IMG/VR virus record: IMGVR_UViG_3300042453_003401
Coordinates: 1-52,621 of that record
Strand: one strand, 5' to 3'
Origin: a virus
Taxonomy: Duplodnaviria > Caudoviricetes
DNA length: 52,621 bases
Part shown: positions 28,972-37,622 of the stretch, in pieces
Layout of the letters: each line of letters begins with the position of its first letter
Position numbering within the stretch: position 1 is the stretch's first letter
The notes under the pieces: generated by a model
The model's database searches: none
What the model was told of the DNA's origin: nothing
The model's input: only the letters and a program-made list of their open reading frames with translations
Made by a program: the position numbers and the translations under genes

Positions 28972-30204
28972 ATGGGGCAAATTGTGCGCGGTGGTGAGCA
29001 GTTTGAAACTCACATTGAGGCTGATCATCGCGGGCAAATACTCGCCAAGGGCCCCGACAGTGGCGCTCTTGATGCTTTTGGTAGACAACGCTTTAGCGAG
29101 CCGTTCACTTTGTTTGATTCGGCATTGCAATACAGTAAGCGCACCGATCTGTGGGACGAACAAGCTGTAGGTACCGGAAGCACTCTTTATCTGCCAAATG
29201 AAAGCTCCTTGGAGTTAAATACCACCACTGCGTCTGGAGATACAGTGTTGCGGCGCTCCAAGCGGAGCCTGCCTTATCAGCCGGGCAAAAGCTTGATGGT
29301 GCTGGCTAGTTTTGTTGGCAATGCTCCCACGGATGGCCTGGTGCAGGAGATTGGCTTTTTTAACGACAACAATGGTGTAATGTTGAGAGCAAGTGGCACG
29401 ACCATTTCGTTCGTTGTTCGCAGTAAAGCAACAGGAACAGTGGTAGAGAACATTGTCCCTCAGTCGTCGTGGAATATTGACACTTTTTCTGCCTTAAATT
29501 TTTCAAAAGCTAATATCTTCACTGCCGACTTGGAATGGCTGGGGGTGGGGCGCGTAAGGTGTGGATTCGTTGTTGACGGAGAAATTAAATATTGTCACGA
29601 ATTTAACCATGCCAACACGATTGATAGTGTTTATATGACATCGGCAACATTGCCAGTGTCTTATCGAATTCACAATTCTTCTTCCATCGCGGCTAATGCA
29701 TCGTTAAGGCAGATTTGCACTGCTGTTGTCAGCGAGGGTGGTTATCAGCCAACGGGGCCCATCTATATAGCTGGTCGAGGAGTGGGAACATTTACTGCTA
29801 TCACTGCGGAAACGCTTGTAGCAGCTATTCGCATTGCTAGCGGTCGCACCGATAACGTGATAATTCCCGCTCAAATTGATGCCAGTATAGGCGGAAATCC
29901 AGCTTCTAATGTTGTCGCGCAATGGCGACTACGGCTTAATCCAACCATCAGTGGCGCATGGACTGCTGCTAGTAATGGCAGGGGAAATGTGGAAGTTATG
30001 AGCAGCGGCACTTTTTCTGGTGGCACTGTTATTGGAGGAGGTTTGGTCGCATCGCGCAGTAGTATTGAATTTGACCCCGAAAGCGGACTCGCCTTAGCCC
30101 TTGGCAGCACCATTGACGGTACTAGCGACGTTATAGCTTTGACTATTCAATGCAGCGCCAGCGAGCAGGCTACAGGGCTGCTGGGGTGGAGAGAAGTTGT
30201 CTGA
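28972..30204 (+). CDS. Conserved phage beta-rich protein (DAFGR...YQPGKS...EWLGVG family), probably virion-associated
   Basis: DAFGRQRFSEPFTLFDS, YQPGKS, DLEWLGVGRVRCGF and SEGGY motifs. Confidence 0.6.
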   Translation: MGQIVRGGEQFETHIEADHRGQILAKGPDSGALDAFGRQRFSEPFTLFDSALQYSKRTDLWDEQAVGTGSTLYLPNESSLELNTTTASGDTVLRRSKRSLPYQPGKSLMVLASFVGNAPTDGLVQEIGFFNDNNGVMLRASGTTISFVVRSKATGTVVENIVPQSSWNIDTFSALNFSKANIFTADLEWLGVGRVRCGFVVDGEIKYCHEFNHANTIDSVYMTSATLPVSYRIHNSSSIAANASLRQICTAVVSEGGYQPTGPIYIAGRGVGTFTAITAETLVAAIRIASGRTDNVIIPAQIDASIGGNPASNVVAQWRLRLNPTISGAWTAASNGRGNVEVMSSGTFSGGTVIGGGLVASRSSIEFDPESGLALALGSTIDGTSDVIALTIQCSASEQATGLLGWREVV

Positions 30205-30232
30205 AATATTTTACAGGCGCCAAGGATCCGCC

Positions 30233-30349
30233 ATGATCACTCCAGGCAAGCACGATATTGCCATTTATCAAGGAGCCAACTTTGAACTGCAAGTGTAGCA
30301 TAAGGATTCTTCTGGCACACCTGCAAACATAAGTGGCTAAACGATGTAA
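30233..30349 (+). pseudogene. Decayed paralog of the 27426 virion protein
   Basis: MITPGKHDIAIYQGANFELQV*HKDSSGTPANISG*T aligns without gaps to MIYPATYDIVVLQNATYRMQLTVTQSGGTPINLSGYT. Stops at 30296 and 30338. Confidence 0.75.
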
Positions 30350-30401
30350 CTATTGATTGCGGAGAGTTTTAGGAGTAAACTTGAGCGGCAAACAGAAACT
30401 G

Positions 30402-30758
30402 ATGGAGGATTCTTTGGTGGATTGGTTGAACACTCCTGAAATCAAAGCCTTTCGTGGAGCTTGGCAAGCAGAAGAGACAAGAATGCAAGCAGAGGATCAA
30501 GCTTGGTGGGACAGCCTCAACATAGAGGAAAGAGCAAGATGCTTCAGGCAAATGATGAAGCTCATGCACAAGGCGGAGATCAAAGACAGGGGCTCCTATC
30601 GCTATGCCATGTACGATGTTTTTGGCGTGGACTATTGCGACGGACTAGCTCACTACATGGAGCTACACAATGCTATTTATCGTGGCCTGGAAGCGGACAG
30701 AAGGGCCTATAGGACGGATGATGAGGATGTACTAGGCGAAGATACAATTGGCCCGTGA
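30402..30758 (+). CDS. Hypothetical protein
   Basis: ORF starting MEDSLVDWL; start uncertain. Confidence 0.55.
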   Translation: MEDSLVDWLNTPEIKAFRGAWQAEETRMQAEDQAWWDSLNIEERARCFRQMMKLMHKAEIKDRGSYRYAMYDVFGVDYCDGLAHYMELHNAIYRGLEADRRAYRTDDEDVLGEDTIGP

Positions 30759-30812
30759 GAGCCGCTCCTGCGGACAGCAGCATTAAGCCTACGATTACTT
30801 CCATCGTCTGTC

Positions 30813-31220
30813 CTATTCTCCTTCCATTTTACTGGGAAGCTGCCAAGTGATACGGAGTTCCCCTCCCAGAGCCTTAATGTCGTCGCTAGCGTCTGGAGGT
30901 GCTTCACGCACGATCATCACAGAAGGGATAATGGCATCGCGCAAGGGCGTAACAGTGGCTTCAGGAAATAGCTCTCGAGCCTTGTCGGCAAGCTGATTCG
31001 CCTTGGTTTCCCTTTCGTCTTTTTCCCATTGCTTCACCAAAGCAGCAGCTTGCTTGTCCACTGCTTCCATTACCACTTTTGTTTTCCACTCTGTCCACTC
31101 GGGCCTGCAATAGGCCATGAGCATCTTGAACCAAGGATTTCCCGCTAGCGAAGGCCACTGTCCTGCGGCCCAAAGGCCAGCTTCATAGCACAGTGCATTT
31201 AGCCAAGACTGCCGGTTCAT
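30813..31220 (-). CDS. Hypothetical protein downstream of the endolysin
   Basis: 135-aa ORF co-oriented with the lysis genes. Confidence 0.55.
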   Translation of the reverse strand: MNRQSWLNALCYEAGLWAAGQWPSLAGNPWFKMLMAYCRPEWTEWKTKVVMEAVDKQAAALVKQWEKDERETKANQLADKARELFPEATVTPLRDAIIPSVMIVREAPPDASDDIKALGGELRITWQLPSKMEGE

Positions 31221-31266
31221 CCTTCTCTTTTTTCCATAAAATAAAAGAGCAATGGAAGCACGTTGC

Positions 31267-32208
31267 TTAACCTTCCTGGAAAACTGACAGAAATACTGTG
31301 CCCGCCTTGGTTAGCGGCAATACTTTATCGCGAAGATCAATGTTAAAGATTCTGCAACAACCATGAGTTGGCACTAGCGGCTGCTTGGGTGCCCACGCGC
31401 CCGGCCAGCCATTTGCGGACCCACCCCCGTGGAGGCAAATTCCAGAGCGTCCGTACTTGGCCTCTTGATTTTCTAACTCAACCATGTCAAAGGTGTACCA
31501 GCCATACGCCATTAGAGTGCGGTCGTAAGCAGGGTTGCTCCCGACTCGTTCATAGTCTCTGTAAATAGCTCCCAATTTGTATAGGCCGGGAGGACAGTCA
31601 GAATTTTTAATCTTCCATTCAAAGTCGCTGTATTGTCCACGAGCCAAGCAGGGAATCTCCCATAGTAGTTTTCCTTCAAAAGAAAAAGCCTTCATTGTCT
31701 CCACTAGATCATTGACGATCAAATGGGAGTCGCCTCTCTTGAAGCCAAAATCTTGCGGGCGTTTCTTTGGACCGATCATGGTAGAAGTGGTGGATTCGGG
31801 AGCGTATTGTTTCATGAGCCGCGAAAGTTTCGCGGGATATTCTGGGTCAGTGGCGTATTTCTGCTCCTTAAGCATGCGAGCAGCGGCGTAACGATTAGGA
31901 GCATTGTTAATGCCCTTAAACTGCCTATAGTCTTTATACCAGCGAGTGATGAGATATTCGATGCAGGCAGATAAGCTTGGAAAATCAATGAAGCCCGCCT
32001 TGATTGTCACCCACTTCCCATCGTAAAACTCTTGTGTAGATACCACACTACCCCCACCTTTTAGACCGAGGTAGTTGTGCTTGCCAGAAGTATGTTGGCC
32101 AAAGCCGCTCTCTAAACAGCACTGAGCCGCCACAAGCTCCGGAAATCGCGCCCCGTGCTTGCGGGCAAGCTGAAAACACTCATCCCAGAACTCTTTGCTT
32201 GTGGCCAC
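31267..32208 (-). CDS. Endolysin: GH73 glucosaminidase plus L,D-transpeptidase (YkuD)-like domain
   Basis: AAQCCLESGFG...HNYLGLK...YATDPEYPAKL (GH73) and CPPGLY...ICLHGGG...PTHGCCR (YkuD His/Cys motif). Confidence 0.85.
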   Translation of the reverse strand: MATSKEFWDECFQLARKHGARFPELVAAQCCLESGFGQHTSGKHNYLGLKGGGSVVSTQEFYDGKWVTIKAGFIDFPSLSACIEYLITRWYKDYRQFKGINNAPNRYAAARMLKEQKYATDPEYPAKLSRLMKQYAPESTTSTMIGPKKRPQDFGFKRGDSHLIVNDLVETMKAFSFEGKLLWEIPCLARGQYSDFEWKIKNSDCPPGLYKLGAIYRDYERVGSNPAYDRTLMAYGWYTFDMVELENQEAKYGRSGICLHGGGSANGWPGAWAPKQPLVPTHGCCRIFNIDLRDKVLPLTKAGTVFLSVFQEG

Positions 32209-32213
32209 TGGCT

Positions 32214-32357
32214 TCAGCCCTTCACGCGGAAGATAGCCTTAAGACCAGTGAGGAGCAATTGAATGAGGTTGTTCTCCTTCCAAGGAGTGTGTTGAATCAC
32301 CTGATCGAGAGCAGCAATGACAATGCCGCCAACAACGAACCACTCGACGCCAGTCAT
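32214..32357 (-). CDS. Small membrane protein, putative holin (47 aa; absent from the ORF track)
   Basis: MTGVEWFVVGGIVIAALDQVIQHTPWKENNLIQLLLTGLKAIFRVKG, immediately upstream of the endolysin. Confidence 0.6.
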   Translation of the reverse strand: MTGVEWFVVGGIVIAALDQVIQHTPWKENNLIQLLLTGLKAIFRVKG

Positions 32358-32382
32358 GATCGTAAAGAAAGTTTCTTAAAGC

Positions 32383-32601
32383 CTAGCGTCCAATTTCAAG
32401 CGAACGCACCCTTGTTTCCAAGCCCTTAATATTTTCTGTGAGTTGATCAAGCTTCTCTGCAATGTTCTCCACTTGCGTGGTGATCTTCACTTGCTGCTGG
32501 CCAATGCTCATCATCATGCCACCAGTGGCGAGCAGCATGCCAGCAGTAATGCTCACGGCCAAATGCGCTAGTTGTTCCTGCCAGGCATTCATTGCGTGCA
32601 A
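32383..32601 (-). CDS. Membrane + coiled-coil protein of the lysis cassette
   Basis: One hydrophobic segment followed by heptad repeats ending LETRVRSLE. Confidence 0.55.
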   Translation of the reverse strand: MHAMNAWQEQLAHLAVSITAGMLLATGGMMMSIGQQQVKITTQVENIAEKLDQLTENIKGLETRVRSLEIGR

Positions 32602-32677
32602 GCTTTTTGTCCATTCTAAACAATTCCCACGCCGTTGTTTTTCTGGGTAGGCTTAAGGCAAGACAACTTATTTCGCC

Positions 32678-33163
32678 ATGGGGAAAGGAAATGAGGCCGA
32701 CTTTCTTCTTTATTCCCTTTGTGAATTACGCCCTGGAGAAGCTAAGCGTCGTTTCCGAAAAAGCATTTTTGAAGACTATTTCCTGCGAGGCCCATTTGGT
32801 CACTGTGCCTGTGCCTATTGCGGCAAGTGGACGGAAAATCTGACCATCGACCACATTGTTCCCAAGAGCAAAGGCGGTCCGCATTTTTCAAAATGGAACA
32901 GCGCTCCTGCTTGCCTGTCCTGCAATGCGAGCAAGGGGAGCCTGCCAGTGTTTGAATGGTGGCGACCACAGAAGTTTTGGACGCCAGAGCGGGAAGAAAA
33001 ACTTCTTGCGTGGGTGCATGCTCATAGCTTCATCAGTGCTCATACAGACATTGGAGAGTGGGAGCAATGGATGGAGCAAACGCAGCGAATCGTGCCAGTG
33101 CATGATGAAAAGCAAAAGGCGGCTTTGTGGCCGCCTTTGTCGCAATTAAAGCTTGCTAGTTAA
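32678..33163 (+). CDS. HNH endonuclease (McrA-like)
   Basis: CAYCG...LTIDHIVPKSKGG...ACLSCNASKG. Confidence 0.85.
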   Translation: MGKGNEADFLLYSLCELRPGEAKRRFRKSIFEDYFLRGPFGHCACAYCGKWTENLTIDHIVPKSKGGPHFSKWNSAPACLSCNASKGSLPVFEWWRPQKFWTPEREEKLLAWVHAHSFISAHTDIGEWEQWMEQTQRIVPVHDEKQKAALWPPLSQLKLAS

Positions 33164-33521
33164 TTGGCTCGAACAGTTCTGAAGGACCTTGTCTGACGGA
33201 GGGCATGGGACAAAAGCCATCTGTGCATTCTTCTTCCAAGCCCAAACTTTCTCGCATGATGGCTAGCACTTTCGTCGCCGTGTCATTGGCTTTCACTTCT
33301 TCTGTCTCGACCATAGCAATTAAGCGATCCAGGTACCACTGAGCCTTTTTGAGGTCTTGAGCGCCATTTTTCATTTCATAGCGCCAAATGTATTTCAGAA
33401 TGTTGCCCTTGAGCATGCCCTTAAATGCTTCTCCGCTCATGGAAGCCTCGATAGCTTCGATGGCTTCGATGGCGCCGCTGGCATAGTGCGACGGACTGTT
33501 CACGGGATCGTGCATGATCAA
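33156..33521 (-). CDS. DUF3310 (SaV-like) protein
   Basis: DPVNSPSHY...IEAIEAI...GNILKYIWRYEMKNGAQDLKKAQWYL. Confidence 0.85.
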   Translation of the reverse strand: MIMHDPVNSPSHYASGAIEAIEAIEASMSGEAFKGMLKGNILKYIWRYEMKNGAQDLKKAQWYLDRLIAMVETEEVKANDTATKVLAIMRESLGLEEECTDGFCPMPSVRQGPSELFEPIN

Positions 33522-34231
33522 AATTGGTAATTGTTGGTTTCAAAAGCCGCAAAGGCTTCAGGAGCGATGGGGCGAGCAAGCTCTAACAAAGCCTCGGCAT
33601 AGGCCACGATTTCATACTGAGCGCCCTTGCCAATGCGAAGGCTGATGAAATGCAGCAAAGCCTGCAGCGAGCATGTCCAGACAAAACTGGTGTACATGGC
33701 AGGAGGCAGAATAGCTCGAGCCTGCTCCTTGCTCACTCCCATTGCAATCAGCTCCTCATAGGCCGCCTTGGCCGTCGCTACGCCTTGCACATAGAAGAGC
33801 CTGGCCCTTGACTGTGCGCTGGTGCTAACGGGGCCTGCAGACGCTTGACGGTTGCTCTCCGATTGTCCTAGGAACTGGTCAGGCATGTAAAACTGAGCAT
33901 CTTCCGCTGAGCAATAGCGGAAGCTCTTTTCGTTCCAGCCAAGTTGATCGTCAACGTAAGTAGAAGCGACAGTGTGCTTCCACCATTGACGAGCAACAAA
34001 CAAAGGCGCCTTCACCTGCCACTTGAACACCACGCCACGAAATGGGCTTGTGTGGTGCTCACGAGCAAGATAGTTGAGAAGCTTTTCGTCCTTCTCATCC
34101 CATTGCTCTTTTCTGTTGTCAAAGCTTTGACGAGCATCGTTTACCACGGACAAACTATTGCCCATGGAGTCGATGAGAGCCACGAGGCTCTTGCCGTCTT
34201 TAAGGGGATCAATGGAAGGGAAATTAGTCAT
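33518..34231 (-). CDS. thyX: Flavin-dependent thymidylate synthase
   Basis: HHTSPF, APLFVARQWWKH, WNEKSFRY, KEQARAILP, FISLR and AQYEI motifs. Confidence 0.93.
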   Translation of the reverse strand: MTNFPSIDPLKDGKSLVALIDSMGNSLSVVNDARQSFDNRKEQWDEKDEKLLNYLAREHHTSPFRGVVFKWQVKAPLFVARQWWKHTVASTYVDDQLGWNEKSFRYCSAEDAQFYMPDQFLGQSESNRQASAGPVSTSAQSRARLFYVQGVATAKAAYEELIAMGVSKEQARAILPPAMYTSFVWTCSLQALLHFISLRIGKGAQYEIVAYAEALLELARPIAPEAFAAFETNNYQF

Positions 34232-34433
34232 TGGAGGTGCGATCAGTACCAGTCATCAGGCGGAAGGTAAAAGCAAGGAGCCACCACTGCCAAAAGCCGA
34301 GCGCAAAGGTCGGGAAAAGAATGGCGGCGCAAAGGCTGAGCATCCATGCACGCAGGCAAGTGATCAAAAATGCGCTGATGCTTAAGCCAACAAGGCGTCC
34401 AAGCTTTGTGGCCGTGTCGTCAGAGACAGTCAT
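34224..34433 (-). CDS. Small membrane protein
   Basis: Hydrophobic ORF overlapping both neighbours. Confidence 0.55.
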   Translation of the reverse strand: MTVSDDTATKLGRLVGLSISAFLITCLRAWMLSLCAAILFPTFALGFWQWWLLAFTFRLMTGTDRTSND

Positions 34434-34804
34434 TGAGGAACGAAGGCGATGGGGCGGATGCGTTGAATTGCCACTGTACTAGAGACGAGAGTATCCTTTC
34501 GCTCCCAGGCGACCACTGCCGCTTTTCTTCCATTGCTTTTAACAAAACCTTGGAAGATGCCGAAGAGGCTTGTCGGCACCATACCAGCCCCTGTGAGGGT
34601 GACCAGTACCACTCGCTCTCCAATGGTCCATGCATAATTCTTGGGCAACTGCGGCAGTCTATGTTTTCTGCTCAGTGGGCGCAAGACTTTCTGGCAGTCC
34701 GAACCTTCTTTTTCGGCATTCCTACCATCATCCACTGCTTTGACAAAACTCTTGCGACCATCATGCTGCTTTAGCCTAAAGACAACAAAGGAGGGCGAAT
34801 GCAT
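34430..34804 (-). CDS. Hypothetical protein (possible SH3-like C-terminus); start uncertain
   Basis: ATGA-coupled to the downstream gene; WTIGERVVLV...AAVVAW...IRP. Confidence 0.45.
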   Translation of the reverse strand: MHSPSFVVFRLKQHDGRKSFVKAVDDGRNAEKEGSDCQKVLRPLSRKHRLPQLPKNYAWTIGERVVLVTLTGAGMVPTSLFGIFQGFVKSNGRKAAVVAWERKDTLVSSTVAIQRIRPIAFVPQ

Positions 34805-35162
34805 GAGCTTTTGTATTCCAGTGGAGATGGTCTACAATGGTCAGATCAAGCGGGGCATTATGGGACCGTTCGAGCATTCAGCAGAGCGTCAGTTTGCTTT
34901 GACAGTAAACAAACGAGCCATTGACGAATGCTCAAGCTTGGATCAGTTGAAGCCAGTAGCAAAGAATTTGCTTGAAGGCTGGTCCACTATGAACACAGCC
35001 CTGCAGAGCATGATGCTGGAAAACATTCAGCTTCGTCAGGCGCTAGCCAAGAAAGAGCTTGATTTACGGGCGGCAGATGAGCTTATGAGCGAGGCCGCTG
35101 AGATTGTGCAACAATATGCGAAGCAATCAAAGAAAGCCAGGCCGAGTCTTTGGCCATGGTAG
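34803..35162 (+). CDS. Helical protein, possibly NblA-like
   Basis: HSAERQFALTVNKRAIDECSSLDQLKPVAKNLL resembles the NblA SxExQF helix-loop-helix. The function call is tentative. Confidence 0.4.
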   Translation: MSFCIPVEMVYNGQIKRGIMGPFEHSAERQFALTVNKRAIDECSSLDQLKPVAKNLLEGWSTMNTALQSMMLENIQLRQALAKKELDLRAADELMSEAAEIVQQYAKQSKKARPSLWPW

Positions 35163-35463
35163 AAGTTAGGAGGAAGATTGTCCAGCCGCTTGTATACGCG
35201 AGATTATATTTTTTGCAATCGCGCTCATAACCAGAGCCAGTGACGTGGCGGCCACGACTGTAAACGCCACCTTGGATTTCGACGCCAGTGCGAGAGAGGG
35301 GGTGAGCAAAGTCAAGGCGATACCGTTTCGATCGTTTGCTGCGAGAATAGCGCTCTTGAAAATCTTTTTCCCACGCATCAATATCAGAAAATTCTCTTTC
35401 AAGAATTAACTTTGGGAAATGCGCTTGCCAAAGGCTGAGAAACTGATCTTCAAGAGCGCTCAA
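35083..35463 (-). CDS. Vsr/DUF559-like PD-(D/E)XK endonuclease
   Basis: YRLDFAHP...GVEIQGG...GRH...DCKKYNLA...GWTIF. Confidence 0.75.
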   Translation of the reverse strand: MSALEDQFLSLWQAHFPKLILEREFSDIDAWEKDFQERYSRSKRSKRYRLDFAHPLSRTGVEIQGGVYSRGRHVTGSGYERDCKKYNLAYTSGWTIFLLTSTMAKDSAWLSLIASHIVAQSQRPRS

Positions 35464-35466
35464 TGC

Positions 35467-36060
35467 CTACACGGCAGCTAGCTGTACTTTAGCCCCTTGG
35501 TTCTGGTAGTGGCCGGAATAAGCCTCTTCCACAGCACCATCGAGCTGGTAAAGCATCACCTGTACAATTCCTTCGTTCGCATAGATGCGAGCGGGAAATG
35601 CCGTGGGATTGGCAATGTGCATGGTGAGATGGCCGGCCCAGCCAGGTTCAACGGGCGTCACGTTGATGATGATGCCACAGCGAGCGTAGGTGGACTTTCC
35701 ATCGCATAGCCCCATGATGGACGGAGGCATAGAAATCAATTCCAGGCTTACGCCAAGGCCAAAGCTATGGGGAGGCAGGACGAACCAACTTCCATGGGGA
35801 CCATGATTCAGACAAGCTTCATAGCCAGTGATTGGCATGAGCTTAGGGTCAAGCGTTGGCTTGCTTTTCCCTTTGTAGTCTTTCCCATCGAAAATCAAAA
35901 ACTGGTCAGGCGACAGGCGAATGTCATAACCTGCCTGGGAAAGGCCATACGAGATGGCCTTGGTTCCACAGTCAAGCGATCGTCGCTTTTCGCCTACGAA
36001 AGGAAGGAAGATGTCCAGCTCTGCGAGCTTGGCAATTTCCTTGTCGTAGAGCAGGCTCAT
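35467..36060 (-). CDS. dcd: dCTP deaminase
   Basis: ISYGLSQAGYDIRL, GKSTYARCGIIINVTPVEPGWAGHLT, IYANEGIVQ and YQNQ motifs. Confidence 0.92.
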   Translation of the reverse strand: MSLLYDKEIAKLAELDIFLPFVGEKRRSLDCGTKAISYGLSQAGYDIRLSPDQFLIFDGKDYKGKSKPTLDPKLMPITGYEACLNHGPHGSWFVLPPHSFGLGVSLELISMPPSIMGLCDGKSTYARCGIIINVTPVEPGWAGHLTMHIANPTAFPARIYANEGIVQVMLYQLDGAVEEAYSGHYQNQGAKVQLAAV

Positions 36061-36063
36061 GGC

Positions 36064-36315
36064 TCAGAAAAGGTCGTCAGAGCCGCCTTCACGATTGTCC
36101 CAAAGACTGGCATAGCCTTTGGCGCCTTCCTTCTGGCCTTTCACCTTGACAGAGCCAGTGAAGCCAGGAGCACGGTCGGAAGTCTTGCGCTCGTTCGGCC
36201 AGACAGCCATGTCGAGAGAATAGTTGCCGCGCTCGTTGGGGCCTGCTTCCTTAAGGGCCTTCAGAACGTCAACCGTGAGGTCGATAGCAGCAGTGATTGG
36301 AGGCTTTCCAGCCAT
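36064..36315 (-). CDS. Small putative ssDNA-binding protein (DUF736-like)
   Basis: WPNERKTSDRAPGFTGSV motif, acidic-aromatic tail DDLF, and position in the recombination cluster. Confidence 0.5.
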   Translation of the reverse strand: MAGKPPITAAIDLTVDVLKALKEAGPNERGNYSLDMAVWPNERKTSDRAPGFTGSVKVKGQKEGAKGYASLWDNREGGSDDLF

Positions 36316-36362
36316 GGTGTTTCTCCTGAGGAGTGATGGAGCCCTTTGTGGGCCTGCCAATC

Positions 36363-37127
36363 TTACCCCCTATCCATGGTGAGCGCAAATGCCTTGCCTC
36401 CTGGGTAGTGGTCTTTGAAATATCTCTTAACAGTGTCTGCCGTGATGCGCTGCTGGTTGATCAGTTCAAAGCCATCAAGGTGGACGAGCTGCAACGACGA
36501 CTCGCTTTCTTCGTTTTCGGGGTCGTAGCAGGCAATAACGCACCATGCCTCATCAATGGGTTGCTGGTACATTTGTTCTACTGCCATGGAATAGGCACCT
36601 AGCTGCCGCTTGTAGTCGGCCAGTTGGTAGTCAGGTTTCTCCTTGTAGCTGGTCTTCCAATCGACCAGAGCAATGGCGCCGCCGGTCATTTGCGCCACCA
36701 TATCGAGCGTGCCTGAATAGCCAATGCCAAGGCCGGCGTCATACCAGGCCACGGCACTTTCCACCAGTAGCGGCTCTTGAATGCCCTCCAAAAATGGCTC
36801 TACTGCTTCAAAGTAGGGGCGCCAGTCAGGAGCTTTGTCAAGGTGGTGCTCAATATCTTCCCCGTCGAAATGATCTTCCAGTACACCATGCATCCAGGTG
36901 CCACGGTTGGCTGCAAGGCGGGTGCGGCGATTGGCTTCATCAGCTCCCACACGCTTGCGCCAGTTAATCAGGGCCATCACCTTTGCTACGGGAGCCATGG
37001 CCGAAAGGAAGGTAGTGACGGAAGGCAGGACGATGCCCTCCGGCACATTGGGAAACCCTTCGTTGATGTAGTGGCGTTTGCCGTTGAGGCTGATGCGCTT
37101 CGGCTCAAACTGCTCAAACGAAGGCAC
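36363..37127 (-). CDS. PD-(D/E)XK exonuclease (recombination-type)
   Basis: LPSVTTFL, WRKRVG, RGTWMH, GTLD...VDWKTS...QLGAY. Start set at GTG 37127 because a separate small ORF occupies 37168-37299. Confidence 0.85.
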   Translation of the reverse strand: MPSFEQFEPKRISLNGKRHYINEGFPNVPEGIVLPSVTTFLSAMAPVAKVMALINWRKRVGADEANRRTRLAANRGTWMHGVLEDHFDGEDIEHHLDKAPDWRPYFEAVEPFLEGIQEPLLVESAVAWYDAGLGIGYSGTLDMVAQMTGGAIALVDWKTSYKEKPDYQLADYKRQLGAYSMAVEQMYQQPIDEAWCVIACYDPENEESESSLQLVHLDGFELINQQRITADTVKRYFKDHYPGGKAFALTMDRG

Positions 37128-37167
37128 GGTGGCTGCCAAACAAAGGTCTAGACAAGCCACTGTACCG

Positions 37168-37299
37168 TCAACGACTGGGAATGCAATAGCCGCCAGAGCT
37201 GTAGTAGCCAAGCGGGCAGGAGCCGTTTTTGATGATGGGCTGGTTGCAAGCTGCAGCAGTGATGGGCAAAAAGCAGAAGAAAATGAGAACGATTTTCAT
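37168..37299 (-). CDS. Small secreted or lipoprotein-like Cys-rich peptide (43 aa; absent from the ORF track)
   Basis: MKIVLIFFCFLPITAAACNQPIIKNGSCPLGYYSSGGYCIPSR; ATGA-coupled to the upstream gene. Confidence 0.6.
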   Translation of the reverse strand: MKIVLIFFCFLPITAAACNQPIIKNGSCPLGYYSSGGYCIPSR

Positions 37300-37580
37300 G
37301 GTCGAGGAAACGAAAGGCTTACTTTGGGATGGTCAATGATCGCGCCAGTGCCACGGTCCCAAGTGGTGCCGCAGTCTGGGCATTGATAGGCAAAGCCACG
37401 GTCTGTCTCCCACGACGACAAGAGAATCACGCGACTGAACCATTTGGAGCCGCCAAATAAATGGCGGCTTTCTTCTGGAATGGGCGTGTCGTGCCAGAGA
37501 CTGCCGCATTCGGAGCAATGCTTGATCTCATAAAAACGCATAATGTTCATCGAGAGGGTTGCCATTTTCGTCGCAGGCAA
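37296..37580 (-). CDS. Zn-ribbon protein
   Basis: HCSECG...YQCPDCG; start uncertain. Confidence 0.6.
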   Translation of the reverse strand: MPATKMATLSMNIMRFYEIKHCSECGSLWHDTPIPEESRHLFGGSKWFSRVILLSSWETDRGFAYQCPDCGTTWDRGTGAIIDHPKVSLSFPRP

Positions 37581-37622
37581 TCAGGCCCGCAAAGCTTCTT
37601 GCGAGCCTGGCTGCTGCTCTAT

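Noticed and set aside
30296-30340. Stop-codon reassignment suggested by in-frame stops
   Set aside because: Two different stops occur in one short relic, and TAG, TAA and TGA all end intact genes elsewhere in the window.
36363-37127. Cas4/CRISPR association of the exonuclease
   Set aside because: No CRISPR array or Fe-S cysteine pattern; the context beside Sak3 and an SSB-like gene indicates recombination.
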